Below are positions 17,380 to 25,994 of a stretch of 64,000 bases of DNA, in pieces (positions within the stretch are counted from its first letter, which is position 1; each line of letters begins with the position of its first letter). The notes below the pieces were generated by a model. That model saw only the letters and a program-made list of their open reading frames with translations. It did not search any database and was not told the origin of the DNA. Source of the stretch: an uncultured Verrucomicrobiota bacterium (GTDB taxonomy: Bacteria > Verrucomicrobiota > Kiritimatiellia > CAIQIC01 > Lenti-01); contig CALMNW010000063.1 in NCBI GenBank assembly GCA_937872095.1, forward strand, positions 43 to 64,042, given 5' to 3'. Both the position numbers and the translations under genes were made by a program.

Positions 17380-18384
17380 ATGAAACGGTTTTCGTTCCGC
17401 TGGTTGGTCATGGTCTTGCTGCTGGTTCGCGCATCCGCTGGGGCCGGGGAGTCGGTCCAGCCGGTCGTGAACCGGGAATACCTGCCGGCGGTGCTGGACC
17501 TGATCAATGCCGCGACGAACTCGATCGACGTCGTGCAACTGGAAATGCACGACGACCGCGCCGTGCAGGCCATCGAAGCCGCGCTGGCCGCGGCCGTGAA
17601 GCGCGGCGTGAAGGTGCGGGGCCTGTTGGACGACGGCGTGGACTTCAACGCCGCCGCCGTCGCGCGCCTGCTCGCGCTGGGGGCGGAGGCGAAACTGGAC
17701 ACGCCCGTCAAAATGACCCACAGCAAGCTCGTGGTCGTGGATGGCCGGATCGTCCTGCTGGGTTCCACCAATTGGACCGGCAATTCCATGGGCAACAACA
17801 ACGAGACCAACGTGCGGTTGGACGATCCGGTGCTGGCCGCGTATTTCACCCGCTACGTTGCCGCGCTGTGGGCGGACAGCGCCACCGAGCCGGACCTGCC
17901 TTCCGTGGAATCGGGCCCCGTGAAAACCCTCGTGAACCGCCAGTACTTTCCGGAAGTCATGGGCCTGTTCAACGCCGCCACGCAGCGGATCCGCGTCGTC
18001 ATGTACGGCATCAGCTACTCGCCGAAATACGCCGGCGGCAAGGTCAATCAGCTCGTGGAAGCGCTGGCGGCCGCGCACGCGCGCGGCGTGGACGTCGCGG
18101 TCGCGATCGATCTGAGCGACTACAATGCGTTGCTCAACCGGGTCAACGATCCCGCCAAGAAGTTCCTGGCGGAAGCGGGCGTGGCCGTGTTCGACGATCC
18201 GGCCAAGACCACCACCCACGCCAAGCTGATCGTCGCCGACGACTGCGCGGTGGTCGGTTCCGTCAACTGGGGCAAGGATGCCCTCGAAAACCGCAACGAG
18301 ACCTGCGTGGCGATTCGCGATCCCGCCATCGCGGACCATTTCGCATCCTATTTCGGGCGCGTCGCCGCGGAACCCGTCCCGTAG
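17380..18384 (+). CDS. secreted phospholipase D/Nuc-family protein with two HKD motifs
   Basis: HSKLVVVD..GSTNWT and HAKLIVAD..GSVNW; signal peptide. Confidence 0.9.
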   Translation: MKRFSFRWLVMVLLLVRASAGAGESVQPVVNREYLPAVLDLINAATNSIDVVQLEMHDDRAVQAIEAALAAAVKRGVKVRGLLDDGVDFNAAAVARLLALGAEAKLDTPVKMTHSKLVVVDGRIVLLGSTNWTGNSMGNNNETNVRLDDPVLAAYFTRYVAALWADSATEPDLPSVESGPVKTLVNRQYFPEVMGLFNAATQRIRVVMYGISYSPKYAGGKVNQLVEALAAAHARGVDVAVAIDLSDYNALLNRVNDPAKKFLAEAGVAVFDDPAKTTTHAKLIVADDCAVVGSVNWGKDALENRNETCVAIRDPAIADHFASYFGRVAAEPVP

Positions 18385-18416
18385 GGCGGCTCACAGCCGG
18401 CCGGGACCGACTTCGC

Positions 18417-19292
18417 TCAATCCAGCAGCTGCAGCCGATAAGTTGCGTTGGTATCGGGCATGGTGTCGAGCACGGAGGAATTCGTGCTTTGGGCGTATAC
18501 CGGCAGTCCCAAGTTGTGCCAGATTGCGCCGACCAGGTTCGTGCAACGTTGGACCTGATAGGTGTGGCCGGTTTGCGAGGCCCACGATATTTCGATGGCC
18601 GGCCGGGTGCGGAGCACCGGAGATTTCGGTTCGGAACGGGCATACGAATACACGAGACCGGGCCAGTTCGAGGCGACCGCGATGTCCACTTGGGCCACGA
18701 GCTGGGTGTTGGGCCAGAAGCGCGCCTGGTCGTGGTAGACCTTGCCGAAGGAGTAATAACTGGCAGGGGTCAGCGACGCGTAAGGATAGATGCCGGGCGC
18801 AAGGGTGTTGGAAACGGAATAGAGGCGGATCTGGGGATTGCCGTTCGTCGTGGTGGAGTCGATTTCCCACGACGTGCGGTTGGTGGCCGTGGAATAGACG
18901 TCCAAGGTGCCGTCCAGATGGACGATCTGGATGCCCGGATCGCCGCCGGCGATCCGGAGATACCCGCGGTTTTCCGAGGAATCCGTCGATTGCCGGCCGC
19001 CGTAGAGCTCCACGATGCCGCGGTTTTCAAAGTAGTTGATCTCGCCGTCGTAGACGACAAACCGCCCGCCGGCCTCGACGGCCACGCTGGGCGTGGCGCT
19101 GGTACCGATGGCGCCACCGTTCAGGATGAGCACGCCGCCGTTGCGCACGACCGCGGAATCGTAGACCACGCCGTTCGAAACGACGATGGTCTGCCCGTAA
19201 TCCACGTCGAGACTGGCGGCTTGCGCGGCGCCGTTCCCGCAGAACAGGCCTGCCAGAAGGATCGTCGCGGAGATGGATGTGGCTCGTTTCAC
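18417..19292 (-). CDS. secreted hypothetical protein with shared C-terminal domain
   Basis: GTG start after AAGAGG; signal peptide; C-terminus EISWASQTGHTYQVQRCTNL...W...TYRLQ. Confidence 0.8.
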   Translation of the reverse strand: MKRATSISATILLAGLFCGNGAAQAASLDVDYGQTIVVSNGVVYDSAVVRNGGVLILNGGAIGTSATPSVAVEAGGRFVVYDGEINYFENRGIVELYGGRQSTDSSENRGYLRIAGGDPGIQIVHLDGTLDVYSTATNRTSWEIDSTTTNGNPQIRLYSVSNTLAPGIYPYASLTPASYYSFGKVYHDQARFWPNTQLVAQVDIAVASNWPGLVYSYARSEPKSPVLRTRPAIEISWASQTGHTYQVQRCTNLVGAIWHNLGLPVYAQSTNSSVLDTMPDTNATYRLQLLD

Positions 19293-19504
19293 GTTGTGCC
19301 TCTTTCGGTTCGCGGTTTCGTCCGGCGGTTGCGACATCGCCGGCGGAAGGCCGGTCGTTGCGGAGAAAATACAGTCATTGTGGCGAGGGGAGCGAGTTAA
19401 ATTTCCGTGAATTCCGGCGTTCGCGCGGCGTTGCCGGCCATGGTCCGTTGGCCCTCTTGCGAGGGGAATCGCGGCTCGTGGCCGTCGGCGTCCGGATGCC
19501 GCCG

Positions 19505-20131
19505 TTATTTGCCGACGGCGATGGCGAGGCCGACGACGACGAGAATGGGGACGATGATGACCAGCATGGCCAGAATCCCGTTGAGCAGGGCGGTCCAAGC
19601 GGAGAATCCTTGCACTTCGCCCAAGGCATGGAGAGAGATGACGATGCCCCAGACGGCGATGATCGCCGTGCAGACCGAGAAACCAAGATATAGGCTGGAG
19701 AGCAGCGTACTGCCGTCGATGACGGGCGTGGCCGCGGTGAACAGCTCGTGCCCGAAAAGCAGAAGGGCCGGAATCCACAGGAACAGGCTCCAGATGGAGG
19801 GGACTTGCGACCAGGCGATGGCGGTGCGGATGCGGCGCATGTCCGCTTGGCCGCCGATCCAACCGCCCGTCCAGTGGAGCAGGGACGCGCCGACCCACAG
19901 ACCGACGATGCCCCCGACCGGGCCAAGGATCAGGGAAAACAGCAGAATCGACAAGAGCGATTCTTTGTCGCCGCTCGATTTGCTCTCGGCGTTTACGAGA
20001 CCTTGGACGATGCCGCCGACGGCGGCGAGGACCAGAACCAGGCGTTCCGGATTCGATCTGACGATTTGGCGGATCGTTTGCCGGGGGTGGAGCCACATGG
20101 AGAACCAGGGATTCAACGGCGTCGTATCCAT
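19505..20131 (-). CDS. Yip1-family membrane protein
   Basis: NPWFSMWLHPRQTIRQI, WTGGWIGG, AIAWSQVP, EVQGFSAW.A; multiple TM helices. Confidence 0.85.
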   Translation of the reverse strand: MDTTPLNPWFSMWLHPRQTIRQIVRSNPERLVLVLAAVGGIVQGLVNAESKSSGDKESLLSILLFSLILGPVGGIVGLWVGASLLHWTGGWIGGQADMRRIRTAIAWSQVPSIWSLFLWIPALLLFGHELFTAATPVIDGSTLLSSLYLGFSVCTAIIAVWGIVISLHALGEVQGFSAWTALLNGILAMLVIIVPILVVVGLAIAVGK

Positions 20132-20256
20132 CGCGCGTTCCTTTCGGTTTCCTTCTTTCGGCCGGCAGTCTAGCGAACGGGCGCCGGGCTTGCCAAGCGC
20201 AAGCGATGAAGAATGGCGGAATACGCTTTCTGCCTATGAGGGGGGAGCCAAGGGCT

Positions 20257-22335
20257 TCAGGGAACGATCCGCAGCCGGATCCAGACGGACGTGGCGGGGA
20301 CGTAGGGCACGTGGGCGGACGATTCCGGGAAGTTCGTCGGGGCGGCGTTCGTCGCCAACCCGGTCCAGCTGGCGCCTTGGTCGCCGGAAACGTCGAGCGC
20401 GTAGTCGGTCCCGAAAACCGCCGACCAAACGACGCCGGTCGCCGTCAGGCGCGACAGTTTGAAAGCCGAAGCCGGATCCGCCGGATCCGTGCCGGACCGG
20501 TATTCGTGGGCGTTGGAAGAACCGTCGCCGTCGTCGTCGTCCGCGCCGGTGCCCGCCAACCCATGGGCGGCGGCCCAATCGTCGTTCAGGCCGTCGCCGT
20601 CGGCATCGGGATCGGCGGAATCGTTGATCCCATCTCCATCCTGATCGCCGGGATCCAGGCGCACGAACTCGTTCGTGCCGACCAGGTCGCCGTCGCCGTT
20701 TCCTTCCGGCGCCTGCGCGGCGGCCACGAGGGCGCCGCCGTCCGCGGTGCCGTAGGGCGCCGCGGCCAGATAGAGGGCGCCGGTGAAGCCGGCGCCGAGA
20801 AGCTGTGCCAGATCGATCGTGCCTTCCAGCCGTCCGCCGTTTTCGAAGTAGGTGACGCTGCGGGCTTGGAAGAGGTTGGTGATCCAGTTGCCGCCGGCAT
20901 CGAACCAGCCGGAAAAGTCCGAATCGTTTTCATCGGCAAGATACGCGATCCAGGGCGCCGTCTGGCCGGCTTTCGCCCAGGGGGCGGCCGTGGCGGCGGC
21001 CGGATTGGTGGAGACGAAAACGAAATGGTCGCTGCCTTCGCCGGCGTCCTGCGTGGCCACGGTGAGATAGCGCCCGTCGAAATCGCAATAGAATTCAAGC
21101 CCGTGCTCCGCGATCAACGCGGCCGCATAGTCGCGCACCCCGTTCATCGAGTGGTTCCGGATGTCCGTCGGCCGTTGGGAATCGCCGTCCGCGAGCGCAT
21201 CGGTCTCGCCGCCGTCCACGGTCCCGTTTCCGTTCAGATCTTCCTGGCCGTCGAGCAATCCGTCGTCGTCGGTATCGGGATCCGTCGGCCGCGAACCCGC
21301 GCGCGCCAATTCCACGGCGTCGGGCAGACCGTCGCGATCGACGTCCGGCGCGACGTCCGGCAGGCGCAGATCGGCCAGCACCGGATAGTGGTCGGAAGGA
21401 TACTGCGTGCGGACGGCGTGGGTCGTGAGATTCGTCGCCCAGGCGGAGTCCGTCACGATGACCGCTTGCGTCGCCGCGAAGCCGCCGCGGTGGAGGATCC
21501 AGTCGATCCGTTGCGAGGCCGGCTGAACGCCGCCGGCGAACCCGTGGATGGTGCCGGAATCGGTCCAGGTGCCGACGACCTGTTCCCAGCTGTCGACGTA
21601 GTCGCCGGAGATGCCGTCGTTGGTCGTTGCCCCCGTGAACAGCGCCCAGTCGTTGTTCGCTTGCGTGGAATTGAAATCGCCGACCACGACGGAAAGGGGC
21701 GAGGCCGGCATCCGGTCGGTGCGGCAGCGCGCGTTGTCGACGATCAACCGCGCGCTGCCGACTTGGGGGCCGTCGTTGAAATCGAAATGGGTCGTGTGGA
21801 AGAGGAATTCCTGCCCGGTGTCGCGCCAGCGGAAGCGGCCCCAGAGGGAAATCCGGGGGAAGCCCAGCCCCATGTCGGGGAAAAACACGTACGGATCGAA
21901 GTTGGTGCCCGGCACGTTGTTCCAATAGCCGCCGCCGGGGCCGGGACCGAGAGAGAACACGTCGCGGTCCAGCAATTCGATGCGGTTGGTCTTGAACGCG
22001 AAAGCGGCGTTTTCGTTGCCGCTGCCGCCGCTTGGACGGCGGCGCACGAATTCATAGGCCGGCAACTGGGCGGCCAGGTAATCGAGTTGGCCGTCTTCGC
22101 CCTCTTGGAAACCGATCAGGTCCGGATCCCGTTCGGTCACGATGCGGACGGCCACCTCGCGGCGCTGCGGCGACTGGTTGGCGTTGATCCAGGCATTGTC
22201 GCCGTCTGGCGCCGAGGCGTAGCGCAGATTGAAGGACATGATGCGGATGGATGCTTCGCCCCGGGCCGGGACCGTGCCGATCGCCCCTGCGCCCAGCAAT
22301 GCCGCCCAAACCAGCCAGATGCCCGGAATTCGCAT
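20257..22335 (-). CDS. secreted endonuclease/exonuclease/phosphatase (EEP) protein with DxDxDG repeats and shared C-terminal domain
   Basis: IMSFNLRY, DLIGFQE, TTHFD, VGDFNS, RIDWI, PSDHYPV; DTDDDGLLDG; GTDPADPAS. Confidence 0.92.
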   Translation of the reverse strand: MRIPGIWLVWAALLGAGAIGTVPARGEASIRIMSFNLRYASAPDGDNAWINANQSPQRREVAVRIVTERDPDLIGFQEGEDGQLDYLAAQLPAYEFVRRRPSGGSGNENAAFAFKTNRIELLDRDVFSLGPGPGGGYWNNVPGTNFDPYVFFPDMGLGFPRISLWGRFRWRDTGQEFLFHTTHFDFNDGPQVGSARLIVDNARCRTDRMPASPLSVVVGDFNSTQANNDWALFTGATTNDGISGDYVDSWEQVVGTWTDSGTIHGFAGGVQPASQRIDWILHRGGFAATQAVIVTDSAWATNLTTHAVRTQYPSDHYPVLADLRLPDVAPDVDRDGLPDAVELARAGSRPTDPDTDDDGLLDGQEDLNGNGTVDGGETDALADGDSQRPTDIRNHSMNGVRDYAAALIAEHGLEFYCDFDGRYLTVATQDAGEGSDHFVFVSTNPAAATAAPWAKAGQTAPWIAYLADENDSDFSGWFDAGGNWITNLFQARSVTYFENGGRLEGTIDLAQLLGAGFTGALYLAAAPYGTADGGALVAAAQAPEGNGDGDLVGTNEFVRLDPGDQDGDGINDSADPDADGDGLNDDWAAAHGLAGTGADDDDGDGSSNAHEYRSGTDPADPASAFKLSRLTATGVVWSAVFGTDYALDVSGDQGASWTGLATNAAPTNFPESSAHVPYVPATSVWIRLRIVP

Positions 22336-22485
22336 CCCGCCATCATGCCAACGGACTCTTCGTTGTCAATGCCGGGACGGGAAAATCGCAGGCGGAGCGT
22401 CGATGCGCTCGATCGCCTAGGACGTTTTGCGCGGTCGCCACCCTCGTCAGGAAAGCCGTCGCGGGCGAGTGAAGGTTGGCGGGAA

Positions 22486-23397
22486 CTAGGGTTCGACGAC
22501 GACGCGATAAAAGAAATTCGGGGGAGCGACGACGGGATTGGTCCAACCGTTGAGGGGGGCCGAGGCGGTCAGGTTGGAGGCCAGGACCACGGGATCATAG
22601 GGGTTGGCCGAATCGGCGGTGGCTTGGATGGCGTAGGTTTTGGCGTCGACGCTGTTCCACGTGAGCCGATGGAGGCCTGCGGGAGTGGTGTCGACGTGGA
22701 CGATGGCGAAAACGGAGTCGGGATCTCGCGGATCGGTGCCCGCGCCTTCTTCGTATAGGTTGATGGAATGGTCCCCGTCGTCGTCGTCGCCGGGCAGGGC
22801 GAGGGTTCGGTTGGTGTAGTAGGCGTATTCCCACCAGTCGGGCAGTTGATCGCCGTCGGTGTCGCCCAGGAGGTCCGTGAGGGCGAGGGAAACCGGCGGC
22901 GGAACGGCTTCGAGCCGGAAGGCGGCCTGCTGGGCCGGAATCAGGGCGATCCCGGACACGTCGCCGCCGATTCCGCCCTGGAGGATGATTTGGCCGAGGG
23001 GGATCGCGGCGGGATCCTTTGCGATCGCGATTTCGGCGGCGCCGGAGACGAGACCGGCGGCGACGACGAGATCGACGTCGGCGTCGGCATTGACCTTGCA
23101 GAGGTAGGTGCCGTCGAGCTGGACGTCGCCGGTGAAAGCCAGCGTGCCGGTTTCGGCGGGATACTCTCCGCAGGGCGCGACGGTGCCCTGCAGATCGGCG
23201 GCGGGGACGTCGAGGGTGCCGTTGCCTGCGAGAGTGGCATCGGCGCCGGTGGCGAAAGCGTCGGTCTGGAGCGAGCCGCCGTCCAGGCGGAGGTCGCCGC
23301 TTTGGACGACCCATCCGCCCGCCGCCAGTCGGCACGCGAGGGGGACGACGAGGCCGATGAGGATGCAAATGCGCGGTTGCATGGCGCGGCGCCTCAC
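22486..23397 (-). CDS. secreted protein with beta-helix-like N-terminal part, DxDxD repeats and shared C-terminal domain
   Basis: GTGA overlap with the upstream gene; TLAGNGT; DTDGDQLPDWWE; GTDPRDPDS; ends FFYRVVVEP. Confidence 0.82.
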   Translation of the reverse strand: MRRRAMQPRICILIGLVVPLACRLAAGGWVVQSGDLRLDGGSLQTDAFATGADATLAGNGTLDVPAADLQGTVAPCGEYPAETGTLAFTGDVQLDGTYLCKVNADADVDLVVAAGLVSGAAEIAIAKDPAAIPLGQIILQGGIGGDVSGIALIPAQQAAFRLEAVPPPVSLALTDLLGDTDGDQLPDWWEYAYYTNRTLALPGDDDDGDHSINLYEEGAGTDPRDPDSVFAIVHVDTTPAGLHRLTWNSVDAKTYAIQATADSANPYDPVVLASNLTASAPLNGWTNPVVAPPNFFYRVVVEP

Positions 23398-24494
23398 CGT
23401 CCGGTGACGAGGACCATGAAGTCGTTGTTGGTCGGGACGAAATTCCCGCTGGTGATGTACACCGTGAAATTGCTCGCGCCCACGGTTTGGTCGACGTAGA
23501 TGAGGCGCGCCGCGGCGGCGCCGACGGGCGGAGCATCGGCCTCGATGCTGGCCAGGGGAATCAGGGACGTGTAGCTTTTCATCGGGACGTCCAGTTCCAA
23601 CAGATAGGTGCCTTGGGTCGTATTGGTGCAGGCACGGATGCCGAAATGATCGTTGCCGAGCGTTCCGTCGGCGGGGATCCGGGCCCAGGCCACGACGTTG
23701 TTGTCGGCGAAACGGAACGTCCGGTCGGTCAAGGCATTGGTGCCGAGTTCGGAGGCGATGCGCACGCCGCCGGCGGCCCGGATGACGAATTCGTTGTCGT
23801 TCGAAGAGGCAATGGCCAAGCTCGAGGAGCGATCGCCCCAGACGAAAGAGCCATCGTGGAGCGCGTTGGCATGGTATCCCGCCGCAAAGGAATTGGATCC
23901 GGCCGTCATGTTGTAGCTTCCGCCCGCGACGAAGGAATACCGATTGCTGGCGGTATTGTCGTAACCGCCGGCCACGGCGCCATAGGAGGCGTAAATGGTA
24001 TTCTGGCTGCCCCCGGAGACGACCGCATTCTGGGCGCCGGTGATGACGTTGTCATACCCTCCGCCGATGACGGAATAGTAGGGTTGGAGCGCGTTGCCGT
24101 ACGTGATGAGGTTCGCTTTTCCTCCCAGAATGGAGCAGTAAGGGGTATTGTACAGCGTATTGCTGTTGCCCATGACGATGCTGGCGGAGGAGGCCAGCAG
24201 CATCGTATTGCTGCCGACGATCAGCGAGTCCAAGCTCGACCCGGGAACGCTGGTGAGGATCGGGCGGTTGTTCGCCGTTACCACCAGATTCGAGCCCAGC
24301 GTGCCGAACGCCACGTTCGTGCCGGTGAACGATCCGGACTCGTCCACGCGCACCAACACGTTGCTCGAGGAGTCGAGAACGGAGAACGATTCTTCCGCCC
24401 CGGCCGGCAGGGTGACGACGGTTTCGGCGCGGGCCGTGGCGAGGCAACACAAGATGCTGAAGGCGGCTAGGGGGCGTTTCCAATGGCAGTTCAT
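23394..24494 (-). CDS. secreted fibre-like protein with GGxxN beta-roll repeats
   Basis: Signal peptide; ILGGKAN, IGGGYDN, VSGGSQN, VAGGYDN; A.HDGSFVWGD..NEFVIRAAGGVR. Confidence 0.85.
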   Translation of the reverse strand: MNCHWKRPLAAFSILCCLATARAETVVTLPAGAEESFSVLDSSSNVLVRVDESGSFTGTNVAFGTLGSNLVVTANNRPILTSVPGSSLDSLIVGSNTMLLASSASIVMGNSNTLYNTPYCSILGGKANLITYGNALQPYYSVIGGGYDNVITGAQNAVVSGGSQNTIYASYGAVAGGYDNTASNRYSFVAGGSYNMTAGSNSFAAGYHANALHDGSFVWGDRSSSLAIASSNDNEFVIRAAGGVRIASELGTNALTDRTFRFADNNVVAWARIPADGTLGNDHFGIRACTNTTQGTYLLELDVPMKSYTSLIPLASIEADAPPVGAAAARLIYVDQTVGASNFTVYITSGNFVPTNNDFMVLVTGR

Positions 24495-24656
24495 GTCCGG
24501 CGGTCTCCTGTGTCACAACTTGATGTACATCGGCAGGTTGTGAATAGCGAAATCTGGAGCGGGAGTCAATCGGCGGATCGTTCGCCGATCGTTCGAATCA
24601 TCCGGATGGGTTGCTAATCCGCGGCGGATGGAACGGACATCCCCAAGGGGCGTCGT

Positions 24657-25043
24657 TCAGGTGCGGGGCAAGTCGCCGTCCATGAGAAACTGCATGGCTT
24701 CTTTCGGATCGGTGAACATCCGGACGTGCAGGCCCGCGTTCCGGGCCACCGTCTCCACGAAATCGTGCGAATGATCGTGGGGACTGACGAGATTCGCCAC
24801 GATGGCGGACCGGTCGAACTGGCCCGTCTGCGTCATGTCCGTATAGGCGAAATCGTAGTTGTTCGCCACGCTGTCCGTGTTTCTCGATTCCGTGACGTCC
24901 ACCAGATATCGCCGGATATTCAGTTTCTGGCCCAAGGCATGGGCCTCCAGATTCATCTTCATCGCGGATTGCCGGGTGATGTCGCCCTTGGTCTTGATGG
25001 TGATGAACGTTCCGTCGGCGGAGGGTGTCAGAGTATAGTTCAT
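24657..25043 (-). CDS. SpoIIAA/STAS-like hypothetical protein
   Basis: YLVDV, FVETVARNAG..VRMFTD..EA.QFL pattern. Confidence 0.7.
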   Translation of the reverse strand: MNYTLTPSADGTFITIKTKGDITRQSAMKMNLEAHALGQKLNIRRYLVDVTESRNTDSVANNYDFAYTDMTQTGQFDRSAIVANLVSPHDHSHDFVETVARNAGLHVRMFTDPKEAMQFLMDGDLPRT

Positions 25044-25188
25044 GGGCACCCTTCAAGGAGGAACCGGATACATAACCAAGCCATATTCATGGCATAATGT
25101 TGTAAAATTTGAAACGCGAAGAACAGTCCTGAAGTGCTAAAAATGGATTATGGCGGCGAGCTTTTCCCGACCAATCCGCGCGGACCCG

Positions 25189-25761
25189 TCAGGGGAGTTC
25201 GAAGACGCGATAGCCGTCTTCCAGCTGGTCGGAGCCGGTCTTTTGGATCGCAAGCCGGACGATTTTCCACGCCTCGTCGTCCGGTTTGGCCTGGAACAGG
25301 CAGGCGCCGCGGTAGCCGGTGCCGACGTCGAAGGCAAATCCGCCTTGCGCCGTGCCGTTCGCCGCGGTTTCCCAGCGGACGTCGCGCAGATCGTCCAAGG
25401 CGACGACGTTGCCGCGCTCGGCGGCGCGCATGGAAGCCGTGGCGAGCTGGTCGAGATCGGGGCAGCCGTATTCGTAGCCCGTCGCGGCGCCTTCCCGGTT
25501 CAACGGACCGGTCAAGCAGAAGAACGACAGATTGTCGGCGCTCAGGCGCGCCCGCAGCATATCCTGCTGGCTGGAACCGGCCGGGGCGACGGCGAGATCC
25601 GCGAAAGCGGCTTGGACCGTCTCGATCGGTTCGGCCAGGCAGACGGCTTGGCGAAGCGCATCGAGCTGGGCGGGGGATAGATCCGCGGGGGGCTGGGCGC
25701 CGGCGGAAGCCGCGATCAACAGGGTCGCCAGAATCGTCAAGGTCGTCGGTCTTGGTTTCAT
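25189..25761 (-). CDS. secreted hypothetical protein
   Basis: GAGG RBS; signal peptide (TLTILATLLIAASAGA); host-like codon usage. Confidence 0.65.
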   Translation of the reverse strand: MKPRPTTLTILATLLIAASAGAQPPADLSPAQLDALRQAVCLAEPIETVQAAFADLAVAPAGSSQQDMLRARLSADNLSFFCLTGPLNREGAATGYEYGCPDLDQLATASMRAAERGNVVALDDLRDVRWETAANGTAQGGFAFDVGTGYRGACLFQAKPDDEAWKIVRLAIQKTGSDQLEDGYRVFELP

Positions 25762-25994
25762 GTCGTTTCCTCGGTTGGTGGCTCGCGCCGGCCGCAAGGC
25801 GGGCTTCTTGGAAACCGATTGTATGGCGCAGACGCCCTGAATTCAACAGATGATTGCGAAAGGAAAAGAGGGGGACAAGGTACGCCATTTGCGGACCCCG
25901 ACCCGGGTTTCCCTTCGACATCGCGCGGAGCCGTGCTAGAATGTCCACCGTGGCGAATGCGACGACGGATTTCGACGTTGGAAAGGGACCGGCC

